Shown piece by piece: positions 1 to 12,969 of a stretch of DNA of 63,170 nucleotides. The stretch spans positions 1 to 63,170 of the forward strand of contig CAYWYX010000004.1 of NCBI GenBank assembly GCA_964462735.1. Reading direction: 5' to 3'. The position numbers and the translations under genes were made by a program. Positions within the stretch are counted from its first letter, which is position 1. Every line of letters begins with the position of its first letter. The notes below the pieces were generated by a model that did no database searches, had not been told where the DNA came from, and was given only the letters and a program-made list of their open reading frames with translations. Source of the DNA: an uncultured Acidobacteriota bacterium (GTDB taxonomy: Bacteria; Acidobacteriota; Terriglobia; Versatilivoradales; Versatilivoraceae).

Positions 1-1726
1 ACCAACTATAGTGGGTTGGAATAAAGGAACGTTGTATCCCGTTTTTGCCGGCAAAAATGAGAACCCCAGGTAGGCCATTAGCTGGATTTATACCTTTTAG
101 ATCCAAGGTTGATTGCCGATTGTATTTTTCACGACGTCCTGTATCAGTTCTCAGCCGAAGTCTAAAGTTCCAGTTAAGCTGAGGAGTGATCTTATATTCA
201 TGTTTAACCGAAGCTTTGTACACCTCTGCCCGATGATAGGAAGGGTGCAGGACTATTGACTGTAACGCACGATCGGCCATTCCTAGCAGGAATTGGGCAA
301 AGGGACTACCGGTATTATTAATCCCTGGAAGTGAAGTTAATTGTCCGCCAAAGTCAAAGCTTCCTGAAGGATGCCTAGAGCGAAAACTATTTAAACGTCT
401 CAAAAATCCCTGAAAAACGAGATTGAAAGTATGATTATTCTTACGGACGATAATGCCATTTTCTGCGAAATATAGTTCTTTTTTATAACGTCTTTGAGTC
501 CGATTACTGCTTCCTAAATCAATCATGTCATCAATCTCAAAGTTAGGAAATACTCCGGGCTGTATCCCACTGAGCCCAAGCTGATTCGGAAAGTCTATTT
601 GGGAATCGTTGACTTGAACACTTGCATCAGACCGGAAATAGAAACCAAGCTTAAATTGATTGGTGACATTTGGTGAGATATTGAGAGTATCAGTGAAGTC
701 ACCCTCGCTGGAACTTACACGACGATCAGGTCTTCCAGGATTTGCGGCATTATCAAAAATTGGTGCTGAACCGTCTATGCCAGATGAAAATCGGCTATTC
801 CAGGTTAATTTGTGATTCATTCCCCTACGGTGATCAATGTTCAGGATTGTTCCGTTGGGGGTATTGGTTTGAACCATATTAGTGAAGTAATTGTTTTGTA
901 AGAAAGGACCAATGTTAGCATTAGGAAGCGGATAATAGGCGACAGCTTTTTTTGCAACTGGATCGATGCGGTTCTCTGGAATACGATTTCCTGGAAATGG
1001 ATCACGAAGGTATTGAAGGTTTGATCTAGAGATTGGCTGTGAGGAATCATAATCTGGATTGAGGCGAGTAGTAGCTGGATCATATATAGTTACTGGTCGG
1101 CCAGCATGGTCTACCAAGTCTGAAAAATCCCCTAATCGCTGTTGAACAGTTGGAACTTCAGCTAGTGTTGCATCTGATTGCTTCTCTCTGGTCCCCTCGA
1201 AAGTTATTGAAAAAAAAGTCTTATTGTTTCCATTGTAGAGCTGAGGAATGATGAGAGGTCCTGTTAAATTAAACCCAAACTGATGTCTTCGCAGAGTTGA
1301 TTTTGTTTTGTTGGCCTGTCTTACTTCATGTGGTAAGGCGTCTAAAGCATCATTCCTAAAGTACTCATAAAAGTTTCCTCGATAGTCACGACGTCTAATC
1401 TGAAATCCATTTCCTTTTTTATTACCGGGATATTGGATCGAAATCCTTTCAATCTGGTCTTCGTAAGCATCAATTGCCTTGTCAATAGAAGGTGGAACCT
1501 TTTGGGATTTGGAAGCTGTTTGACTTGTAGAATTTCTAGGAACAAGCAGAGTAGAAAATTCTATGGGATTAGAATTTTGTTTAGAATTATGAGATTCAAG
1601 AGTTTTTCTTTTGCTATCTTTTTTGAAAACTGGGGTTGCCGACAGAATCCCTGTGAAGTTTACAAATAATAGAAGGGCGATTAAGTGTTGATAGGTTATT
1701 TTTCTAATTTGTTTCTTATAGTTCAT
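1..1726 (-). CDS. Oar-like TonB-dependent-receptor-family outer-membrane beta-barrel protein. The N-terminus is complete and the C-terminus runs off the window.
   Basis: It is absent from the ORF track because it runs off the window edge. I checked all 575 minus-strand codons from ATG 1724-1726 down to position 2 and found no stop; an in-frame upstream stop lies at 1730-1732. The translation starts MNYKKQIRKITYQHLIALLLFVNFTGILSA (signal peptide). It then gives RGNFYEYFRNDALDA, RRHQFGFNLTGPL, TFFSITFEGTRE, VPTVQQRLGDFS, IYDPATT and RDPFPGNRIP. This motif series is typical of Oar/acidobacterial-type TonB-dependent receptor barrels. Confidence 0.6.
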   Translation of the reverse strand, partial: MNYKKQIRKITYQHLIALLLFVNFTGILSATPVFKKDSKRKTLESHNSKQNSNPIEFSTLLVPRNSTSQTASKSQKVPPSIDKAIDAYEDQIERISIQYPGNKKGNGFQIRRRDYRGNFYEYFRNDALDALPHEVRQANKTKSTLRRHQFGFNLTGPLIIPQLYNGNNKTFFSITFEGTREKQSDATLAEVPTVQQRLGDFSDLVDHAGRPVTIYDPATTRLNPDYDSSQPISRSNLQYLRDPFPGNRIPENRIDPVAKKAVAYYPLPNANIGPFLQNNYFTNMVQTNTPNGTILNIDHRRGMNHKLTWNSRFSSGIDGSAPIFDNAANPGRPDRRVSSSEGDFTDTLNISPNVTNQFKLGFYFRSDASVQVNDSQIDFPNQLGLSGIQPGVFPNFEIDDMIDLGSSNRTQRRYKKELYFAENGIIVRKNNHTFNLVFQGFLRRLNSFRSRHPSGSFDFGGQLTSLPGINNTGSPFAQFLLGMADRALQSIVLHPSYHRAEVYKASVKHEYKITPQLNWNFRLRLRTDTGRREKYNRQSTLDLKGINPANGLPGVLIFAGKNGIQRSFIPTHYSW

Positions 1727-1876
1727 TATCTAGCATTAAATCCCGTTAAAGACACAATATATTCTATATATTAGAAAAATGAATTATATACTACCTTTTA
1801 TCGATAATCATTTTTTCAATAGTGCTGTCGATTTAGAATTGTGGGTAATTATTTTTAAGTTAATGAAAAAATTTAT

Positions 1877-2281
1877 CTAGACTGGTGGATAAGTGCAAAG
1901 AAGTTTTTCTAAAATAGGTTGATTGGCAGCAGGAAAAGAATAATTTTTTAATTCTTTTGGATACACCCATTTAAATTGTTGACATCCTAAGGCTTTGACA
2001 TTTCCGTTTAAATAGCGACAACAAAAGAAAATCAAATGAACAATTTTTTCAGGGTACTCATGCTTGGTGAGAAATTTTTTTTTCTCTATAACCACTTGGA
2101 TTTTGAGTTCCTCCCAAAGTTCTCTAGTTAAGCATTCTTCGAAAGATTCGTTAGGCATTTTTTTACCCCCAGGAAATTCCCAGAGATGAGGTAAATGGGC
2201 ATGGGCTAACCTTTGAGTAATAAGAATTCGTCCTTGGTGAAAAATTATACCTATAGCGACTTCAACTCTCGGTTTCATCAC
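1877..2281 (-). CDS. mutT: Nudix hydrolase, MutT-like 8-oxo-dGTP diphosphatase
   Basis: 134-aa ORF with the Nudix box GGKKMPNESFEECLTRELWEELKI (GX5EX7REUXEEXGU). Its size and layout match MutT/NudA. Confidence 0.7.
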   Translation of the reverse strand: MMKPRVEVAIGIIFHQGRILITQRLAHAHLPHLWEFPGGKKMPNESFEECLTRELWEELKIQVVIEKKKFLTKHEYPEKIVHLIFFCCRYLNGNVKALGCQQFKWVYPKELKNYSFPAANQPILEKLLCTYPPV

Positions 2282-2381
2282 AGGATGTTTGTCCTAGGTC
2301 ATTAAAAGGATTAATGGTGTCCAGAGTATTTTAAGAGAATTTATCTGGTTTTCAGTCTAACAGTTTTTGGGAAGACGTAAC

Positions 2382-2410
2382 TTGACCAAGCCTGTTACTT
2401 GTGATATTTT
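2382..2410 (+). promoter_or_regulatory. Candidate sigma70 promoter of the atp operon
   Basis: TTGACC (2382-2387), a 17-nt spacer, then an extended -10 TGaTATTTT (2402-2410). It lies about 110 nt upstream of the first atp gene, in a divergent intergenic region. Pattern match only. Confidence 0.3.
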
Positions 2411-2520
2411 TCCCATGCTTTAGTTCGAGGACTTCCAACCTACCCATCTTCTATATTATTATAGAAAAATTGGCAGGTGATCAAATTGTAATTATTCACG
2501 TACCTGTCAAATAGCTAAAA

Positions 2521-2943
2521 ATGGAATTAGTTCAAGTAGATCTTTCAGTTGTCATCATACTTTTACTTGTATGGACTCTTTATTTTATATTAAAACGATC
2601 ATTTTTTGATCCAATTAATAAGATACTGGAGGATAGGGACTTAGCAATCAATGGGGCACAAAAGGAGTCTCTCCAAAAGGGAAAAGAATTGGAGGAGAAA
2701 TCCCGAATCTACCAGGAAAAATTAAATGCAGCTCGTTTGGAAGTTTATAACCAACAAGAAATTCTTCACACCGAAGCTTTGAATGAACAATCCCAAATTA
2801 TTTATAAGGCACGTGAAGAATCAGAAGATATTATTCAATCTACTAAAAAAGAACTTCAGAGCCAGGTAGTAAATGTAAAGAAAAATCTGGAATCTGAACT
2901 AACGCCTATCGCTGATGGAATTGTTAAAGCGATCCTACGCTAA
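2521..2943 (+). CDS. atpF: F0F1 ATP synthase subunit b' (b-type stator subunit)
   Basis: 140 aa with one N-terminal TM helix (VVIILLLVWTLYFIL) followed by a long charged coiled-coil. It is the first gene of a b'-b-delta-alpha-gamma-beta-epsilon array. Confidence 0.75.
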   Translation: MELVQVDLSVVIILLLVWTLYFILKRSFFDPINKILEDRDLAINGAQKESLQKGKELEEKSRIYQEKLNAARLEVYNQQEILHTEALNEQSQIIYKAREESEDIIQSTKKELQSQVVNVKKNLESELTPIADGIVKAILR

Positions 2944-3595
2944 ATATCATTTAGGTAAGTATTTTTTGACCAGTGGCATTTGTATGCTGGTAGTCCTCTG
3001 TGTTTCCGTGGAAAGTATCGGATTGAGGGATGAACCACATACTGACAATGCTAAAACTCCATCTAGGATTGATTCAGTTGAATTGGAACATGGAAACGGA
3101 CAAAATGAAGAACACCATGGAAATCCTTGGTCAATTATCTGGAAGTGGGGTAATTTTATCCTATTGTTTGGTGGTCTTGCTTACTATTTGCGCCAACCGC
3201 TGAAGGATTTTTTGAATGCAAGAGCACATAGCATTCAACAAGGTTTAATCAGTGGGGAAAAAGCACAAAAAGAGGCGTCTGAAAAGATTGTAGAAGTAGA
3301 AGCTAGGTTGGCTGGAATTAGTAATGAAATAGAAGCCCTTAAGATTAAAGCCACAAAAGAAGGAGAAATTGACAAAGCTAGAGTTATAAATGATGCTAAG
3401 TTAGAAGCCGAAAAAATTCTGGAATTGGCTAAACAAGAAATCGAGGGTCTTCAGCGATCAGCATATTTGGAATTAAAAGCACAAGTTGCAGAGTTAACGG
3501 TACAGATAGCTGAAAAGCAATTAAGAAGTGGACTAGGACCTGACGAGAACCAAAGAATTATGTCAAGGTTTGTCCAGTCACTGAAAGAAAAGTGA
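2915..3595 (+). CDS. atpF: F0F1 ATP synthase subunit b with an N-terminal extension of about 75 aa
   Basis: 226 aa. The TM helix IIWKWGNFILLFGGLAYYL and the following coiled-coil (LKDFLNARAHSIQQGL...) are typical of subunit b. The gene lies directly upstream of atpH. The start is ambiguous: ATG 2915 overlaps the previous gene by 29 nt, and later ATGs are possible. Confidence 0.7.
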   Translation: MELLKRSYAKYHLGKYFLTSGICMLVVLCVSVESIGLRDEPHTDNAKTPSRIDSVELEHGNGQNEEHHGNPWSIIWKWGNFILLFGGLAYYLRQPLKDFLNARAHSIQQGLISGEKAQKEASEKIVEVEARLAGISNEIEALKIKATKEGEIDKARVINDAKLEAEKILELAKQEIEGLQRSAYLELKAQVAELTVQIAEKQLRSGLGPDENQRIMSRFVQSLKEK

Positions 3596-3662
3596 TTTTG
3601 ACGAGGTGGTTAAAGTTCACTGGAAGTTAGGTCATCAAATTTTTTACAAGTGGAGTTGAAAC

Positions 3663-4196
3663 GTGGCAGCAATTGAGAATCATTTTGCCAAGGCATTGGT
3701 CGAGGTTACTTTTGAGCTTAATCAGTATGAAAGAGTCGATCGTGATCTAGACCAGTTCAATCAGTTACTCCAGAAAAACCAGGAGCTAAATGCTTTTTAT
3801 AAGAATCCAGTTATTTTGGTAAGTCAGAAAAAAAATAGCACTTCACAAATTCTTTCCAAGTTGGGTTTTAGTAAGATATCTTCTAACTTTCTCTTTATCC
3901 TTGTAGATAGGAACCGTATCAATCGTCTTAATGTAATTTTAGAAGCTTTCAGACAAGGGGTAAGAGAGCGTTTAGGGGTTGTTTGGGTTGATGTTACAAC
4001 TTCTGTTGACATTGATGGAGATACTCAGAATCATTTGAGGATAGCTCTTTCCAAATTTAGTGGAAAAGAGGTTCAGCTGCAGTTCAATACTGATCCCCAT
4101 ATATTGGGTGGAGTCATTGCACGTGTTGGCGATACCATTTATGATGGTTCGGTTCGACAACAGTTACAGTTGATTAAGGATCAGCTCAGTTCGTAG
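3663..4196 (+). CDS. atpH: F0F1 ATP synthase subunit delta (OSCP)
   Basis: 177 aa with a GTG start, positioned between b and alpha. The C-terminal GGVIARVGDTIYDGSVRQQL is typical of delta/OSCP. Confidence 0.85.
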   Translation: MAAIENHFAKALVEVTFELNQYERVDRDLDQFNQLLQKNQELNAFYKNPVILVSQKKNSTSQILSKLGFSKISSNFLFILVDRNRINRLNVILEAFRQGVRERLGVVWVDVTTSVDIDGDTQNHLRIALSKFSGKEVQLQFNTDPHILGGVIARVGDTIYDGSVRQQLQLIKDQLSS

Positions 4197-4222
4197 GTTT
4201 GACCTGTCCATGGAGAAACTAA

Positions 4223-5764
<1,542 letters not shown>

Positions 5765-5851
5765 ATTCATAGAGTTTGTTAGTTTGAGGTTAAAAAATTG
5801 AGTTAGAAGGTTTTATCTTGGATAAAATAGAACAATCCCCATTGGTTCCAT

Positions 5852-6709
5852 ATGCCTAATGTTTTAGATATCCGTCGCAGGATACGCTCTGTAAAAAATA
5901 CTCAACAAATTACTAGGGCTATGAAAATGGTTTCTGCTGCAAAACTGCGGCGCGCCCAGGAAAATATGTTAAATGCTCGTCCTTATGCTAACCGTGTTCT
6001 TTCTGTTATTAAGAGTCTAGTTGGCTCTTGTGAAGAAAAAATCCATCCTTTGCTAGCAGAGCGAAAGGAAGAGAAAATTCAGTTGGTTGTTTTTACTGTT
6101 GATAAAGGATTATGTGGGGCTTTTAACACCAACATTATTAAATCAACAGAAGCCTTTTTAAACAAACATCAAGGTAAGTCTTTAAGTTTGTATTGCGTAG
6201 GTAAAAAGGGACGGGATTACTTTGCAAAGCGTGCAATTCCCGTAAAGCAGGAATTGGTAAATTTGTTTAATCGGATCGATTATAGACAGGCCCAAAAGAT
6301 TGGAGCTAATCTTATTTCCCAATTCAAAAGTCAGGAGATCGATGCTATTTATCTTTTATACAATGAGTTCAAATCAGTTATCCAACAACGTATTGTGGTT
6401 GAACGACTTTTACCGATTCCAACATTTGAAACTGAAACTAGCGATTCTATAGTTGATTATTTTTATGAACAATCTCCTGTTGATATTTTAGCAAGTTTGA
6501 TTCCCAAACATATTGCAGTTCAGATATATAGAGCATTGTTAGAATCTTCAGCAGCTGAACACGGTGCACGTATGACAGCTATGGATGCTGCAACTAATAA
6601 TGCGATTGAAATGATTGACTCCTTAACCCTAACTATGAACCGTGCCCGTCAAGCGGGAATAACTAATGAAATAATTGAGGTTGTAAGTGGTGCAGCTGCA
6701 TTGAAGTAG
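5852..6709 (+). CDS. atpG: F0F1 ATP synthase subunit gamma
   Basis: 285 aa. The N-terminal IRRRIRSVKNTQQITRAMKMVSAAKLRRAQ and the C-terminal ITNEIIEVVSGAAAL are gamma-subunit hallmarks. Confidence 0.95.
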   Translation: MPNVLDIRRRIRSVKNTQQITRAMKMVSAAKLRRAQENMLNARPYANRVLSVIKSLVGSCEEKIHPLLAERKEEKIQLVVFTVDKGLCGAFNTNIIKSTEAFLNKHQGKSLSLYCVGKKGRDYFAKRAIPVKQELVNLFNRIDYRQAQKIGANLISQFKSQEIDAIYLLYNEFKSVIQQRIVVERLLPIPTFETETSDSIVDYFYEQSPVDILASLIPKHIAVQIYRALLESSAAEHGARMTAMDAATNNAIEMIDSLTLTMNRARQAGITNEIIEVVSGAAALK

Positions 6710-8143
<1,434 letters not shown>

Positions 8144-8157
8144 GTGGTATAACGACA

Positions 8158-8583
8158 ATGACAACTTTGAAGCTCGAAATTGTTTCACCCGACAGGTTAG
8201 TTCTAGCTGAGGAAGTGGAGGAGTTGCAAATTCCCGGAAAAGCTGGCTATATGGGTATTCTCCCAGGCCATATACCTTTGGTAACTGAGCTTGATATTGG
8301 AGAGATGAGCTATAAAAAAGAAGGAGAATCTCATTATGTTTCGATAGTTTTTGGTTATTGCGAAATCTCGTCAGACAGAATTAATATATTAGCGGAGAAA
8401 GCTGAAAAGGCTGGGGAGGTTGATCGGTCTAGAGCTGAAGAGTCGCACCATAGAGCTGAAGAAAGACTATCTAATCTCCAAGCTACTGACATTGATTTCG
8501 AGCGGGCTGCTTCTAGTTTGAAAAGAGCTAAAACTCGCATGGCAGTCAGTAAGAAAACTGGAAGTGCCCATTCCAATAAATGA
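8158..8583 (+). CDS. atpC: F0F1 ATP synthase subunit epsilon
   Basis: 141 aa. It is the last gene of the operon, with an epsilon-like N-terminal beta-sandwich (LKLEIVSPDRLV...IPG..G.MGILPGH.PL). Confidence 0.9.
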   Translation: MTTLKLEIVSPDRLVLAEEVEELQIPGKAGYMGILPGHIPLVTELDIGEMSYKKEGESHYVSIVFGYCEISSDRINILAEKAEKAGEVDRSRAEESHHRAEERLSNLQATDIDFERAASSLKRAKTRMAVSKKTGSAHSNK

Positions 8584-8751
8584 AAAAATAGAATGAGGTG
8601 TTAATTCTAATATATGCCTACTTCCTTGTTTTATAAGTTTCAGTAATGATTACCAAAGATCGGTGACAAAGAGATTCTTAAGGTTAAATTTTTTAAGAAA
8701 AAGGTGAAGTAAATAGTTATTGATAAATTCTTCCAGCTGGTCAGTTAATCG

Positions 8752-8778
8752 GTGAGAGAAATGCTCTCACTTTTTTTT
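8752..8778 (+). terminator. Rho-independent terminator downstream of the atp operon
   Basis: Perfect 7-bp stem GTGAGAG/CTCTCAC (8752-8758 and 8764-8770) with a 5-nt loop, followed by T8 (8771-8778). Confidence 0.6.
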
Positions 8779-8838
8779 GGTTTGCTATTTAGTTTCGGTG
8801 TGCCAAGATTTGATTTTAGTCGTGGCTTTACTGAATGA

Positions 8839-9975
<1,137 letters not shown>

Positions 9976-10138
9976 ATTTATAACCAGCTCTCAGAACATA
10001 CCTTAACTTAAAAATCTCTAACTGTTTATTCCCAGTTTTCTAAGTAAATCTAGGCTTGAGTTAAGGGTGGAGTCTCAACTAGTCAGCCGGCACGATAGAG
10101 AATTTGACTGATCTCTGGGCTTTAACTAAACTATTATT

Positions 10139-10939
10139 ATGATTACTAATAGTTTTTATTTTGAATTTTTACAAAAAAGTGTGAGCTATCTATCTGTAAC
10201 TTGCCTGTTTACTTTATTTACCACACAAACACTATTTAGCCAGTCTGACTTTTTAAATAACTCTGAAAAAAAAGCACGGCAGATTTTAGAAAAAACTATT
10301 GAATCTTTAGGAGGTTCTTCCTATATAACGGCTGAAAATCTAGTAAAAGAAGGTAGAATTTTTGGATTCCGTCAGGAGAATCTTAAGGCTGCTAATAAAT
10401 TCCGGATGTTTGAAAAACATCCTTTAAAACGTCGAGTTGAATTCGGTGACAAAGGAGAAATTGTATATATAAACGATGCTACTAAAGGCTGGAAGATCAA
10501 ATATAAGGATGTTAAAGAACAGTCAAAAGAGGAAATCAACCTTTTCCTAATAAGCATGAAGCACACTCTGGATCATATTTTGCGTTTCCGTCGCAAAGAA
10601 AAAGGTATGAAGATTAGGTATTTGGGAAAAACTCGATCCCATCTTTTAATTCTAGAAGGTGTACAATTAATGGATAAAGAGGGAGATAAAATAAAAATCT
10701 ATGTAAATGCTCATGACTTCTTGCCCGTAAAAATGGAGTTTAAGTCACCCCCATTTGGGAAGCGTTGGGCTAGTGAAGATAAATTATTTTTCTATAATTA
10801 CCATGAGATTAATGGAATCAAAATTCCTTTTACTACAATTCTTAACTCTAATGGTTTTAAGGCTACGGAAACTCAGCTTAGTTCAGTTAAGGTGAGTCCT
10901 CGCCTTTCAGCTTCACTATTTTTACCTCCAAAGAAATAG
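10139..10939 (+). CDS. Hypothetical secreted protein (possible LolA-like fold)
   Basis: 266 aa with an N-terminal hydrophobic signal (SVTCLFTLFTTQTLFSQ) and a beta-rich body. I recognise no catalytic motif. The fold suggestion is a guess. Confidence 0.5.
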   Translation: MITNSFYFEFLQKSVSYLSVTCLFTLFTTQTLFSQSDFLNNSEKKARQILEKTIESLGGSSYITAENLVKEGRIFGFRQENLKAANKFRMFEKHPLKRRVEFGDKGEIVYINDATKGWKIKYKDVKEQSKEEINLFLISMKHTLDHILRFRRKEKGMKIRYLGKTRSHLLILEGVQLMDKEGDKIKIYVNAHDFLPVKMEFKSPPFGKRWASEDKLFFYNYHEINGIKIPFTTILNSNGFKATETQLSSVKVSPRLSASLFLPPKK

Positions 10940-10963
10940 TCGTTTTTGTCTGCGAGGAGACTC

Positions 10964-11491
10964 ATGATTAGATCAACAACTGTTATTTGCATTAGAAAAG
11001 ATGGTCGAACGGTCCTTGCTGCTGATGGTCAAGTAACACTTGGAGAAACAATTATTAAACAGGGCGCTAAAAAGATTCGTCGATTATATAATGGGAAAGT
11101 TTTAGCTGGCTTTGCTGGATCAACAGCTGATGCCTTTGCTCTGTTTACCCGCTTCGAAGGTAAATTGGAGGAATTTCGTGGTAACCTGTCGAGGGCGTCT
11201 GTTGAGCTAGCGAAGGAGTGGCGAACAGATCGAGCTCTTCGTCATCTTGAGGCTTTGCTGATAGTTGCTGACAAAGAGAAAATGTTTTTAGTTAGTGGAA
11301 ATGGAGATTTGATTGAGCCTGATGATGGAATTGCAGCTATAGGTTCTGGTGGGCCTATTGTAATGGCAGCTGCTCAAGCTTTGTCTAGGCATTCTAGCTT
11401 ACCAGCTTCAAAGATAGCTACTGAGGCCATGAAGATTGCAGGCAACATTTGTATTTATACAAACTTAGAAACTACGATTGAGGAACTTTAA
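10964..11491 (+). CDS. hslV: ATP-dependent protease subunit HslV
   Basis: [33 protein letters not shown] and GSGGP align with E. coli HslV end to end. I prefer ATG 10964 (AGGAG upstream) over the track's TTG at 10946. Confidence 0.9.
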   Translation: MIRSTTVICIRKDGRTVLAADGQVTLGETIIKQGAKKIRRLYNGKVLAGFAGSTADAFALFTRFEGKLEEFRGNLSRASVELAKEWRTDRALRHLEALLIVADKEKMFLVSGNGDLIEPDDGIAAIGSGGPIVMAAAQALSRHSSLPASKIATEAMKIAGNICIYTNLETTIEEL

Positions 11492-11521
11492 AAAACTCGT
11501 TTCAATTTAGATTTAGAAAAG

Positions 11522-12940
11522 ATGAAAAATCAAAGAGGGGAAATGGTCATTTATTTACCTGGTGCGATGGACGAGGTGGGAATTCTAGATAATTTGAGTC
11601 CTAGGGAAATTGTAACTCATTTAGATAAGCATGTTATTGGTCAAAAATCAGCTAAACGAGCAGTTGCCATTGCACTCCGTAATAGATTTCGACGACAGAA
11701 ATTACCAGAAGAAATGGCTGAAGAGGTGATGCCAAAAAATATTATTATGATTGGCTCCACTGGAGTGGGTAAGACAGAGATTGCTCGTAGATTATCGAAG
11801 TTAGCTAATTCACCTTTTCTGAAAGTTGAAGCGTCTAAATATACCGAAGTTGGTTATGTTGGTCGCGATGTAGAATCAATGATTCGTGACTTAGCAGAAA
11901 TTGCAGTTGAATTAGTTCGTGAAGAGAAGTTAGAAGAGGTTGTTGACAAAGCAGAACAGAATGCAGAAGAGAGAATTCTTGATCTTCTACTTCCTCCAAG
12001 ACCCCAACCTATTGAAGAGCAAGCTTCAACCGAGGAGATTTTAAAGGGTCAACAAGCTTTTAAAAGAACTAGAGAAAAATTCCGTAACCAACTACGTGAA
12101 GGGAAGTTGGATGATCATCAAGTAGAGGTAGAAGCAAAAACCAAAAATGTGCCTGCTTTCGAAATTATTTCAAGTTCTGGCATCGAAGATATGGATATTA
12201 ATGTGAAGGATATGTTACCAGGGATTTTTGGACAGAAAACAAAAAAACGGAAGATGCGAGTAGATGAAGCTAGAGAATATATTCTCCAAGAGGAAGAACA
12301 AAAGCTTGTTGATATGGATCAGGTGACTCGTATTGCAGTTGAACGTGTGGAACAAAATGGGATCATTTTCCTTGATGAGATTGACAAGATTTCAGGTCGA
12401 GAAGGATCACGTGGTCCTGAAGTAAGCAGGGAAGGAGTTCAACGTGATATTCTCCCAATTGTTGAAGGGACAACGGTAAACACCCGTTATGGGATGGTCC
12501 GCACTGATCACATTTTATTTATTGCTGCTGGGGCATTCCACGTTAGTAAGCCTGCTGATCTAATTCCTGAACTACAAGGGCGTTTTCCAATCCGTGTAGA
12601 GCTTGAATCCCTATCAGTTGATGACTTCGTTCGGATTCTGACGGAGCCAAAAAGTGCTTTGATCAAACAATATGTTGGCCTTATGGAGACAGAAGGTATT
12701 AAACTCCATTTTAGTAAGGAAGCTATCCTAGCAATTGCTAAGTTTGCATCTTTAGTTAATGAACGAACTGAGAACATAGGAGCTCGGCGATTACATACTA
12801 TTATGGAAAAATTGCTGGATGAAATTTCTTTTGAAGGCCCTGATCTTGAGCAAAAGAATGTTGCTATTGACGAGGAGTATGTTAAAAAAATGTTAGAATC
12901 AGTAGTTGAAGATCAAGATCTTAGTCGATATATCCTTTAA
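11522..12940 (+). CDS. hslU: ATP-dependent protease ATPase subunit HslU
   Basis: 472 aa with [31 protein letters not shown], Walker [15 protein letters not shown] and [10 protein letters not shown]. The start could lie at a later ATG. Confidence 0.93.
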   Translation: MKNQRGEMVIYLPGAMDEVGILDNLSPREIVTHLDKHVIGQKSAKRAVAIALRNRFRRQKLPEEMAEEVMPKNIIMIGSTGVGKTEIARRLSKLANSPFLKVEASKYTEVGYVGRDVESMIRDLAEIAVELVREEKLEEVVDKAEQNAEERILDLLLPPRPQPIEEQASTEEILKGQQAFKRTREKFRNQLREGKLDDHQVEVEAKTKNVPAFEIISSSGIEDMDINVKDMLPGIFGQKTKKRKMRVDEAREYILQEEEQKLVDMDQVTRIAVERVEQNGIIFLDEIDKISGREGSRGPEVSREGVQRDILPIVEGTTVNTRYGMVRTDHILFIAAGAFHVSKPADLIPELQGRFPIRVELESLSVDDFVRILTEPKSALIKQYVGLMETEGIKLHFSKEAILAIAKFASLVNERTENIGARRLHTIMEKLLDEISFEGPDLEQKNVAIDEEYVKKMLESVVEDQDLSRYIL

Positions 12941-12969
12941 TATAGAATAAAAGACTTAAATCTCTAAGT

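Noticed and set aside
841-1669. Three short track ORFs (841-1083 minus, 1342-1545 minus, 1433-1669 plus) in an otherwise 'empty' first 1.7 kb
   Set aside because: They lie in the wrong frames or on the wrong strand within a 575-codon uninterrupted minus-strand frame that encodes a recognisable Oar-like barrel protein. The long ORF was missing from the track only because it runs off the window edge.
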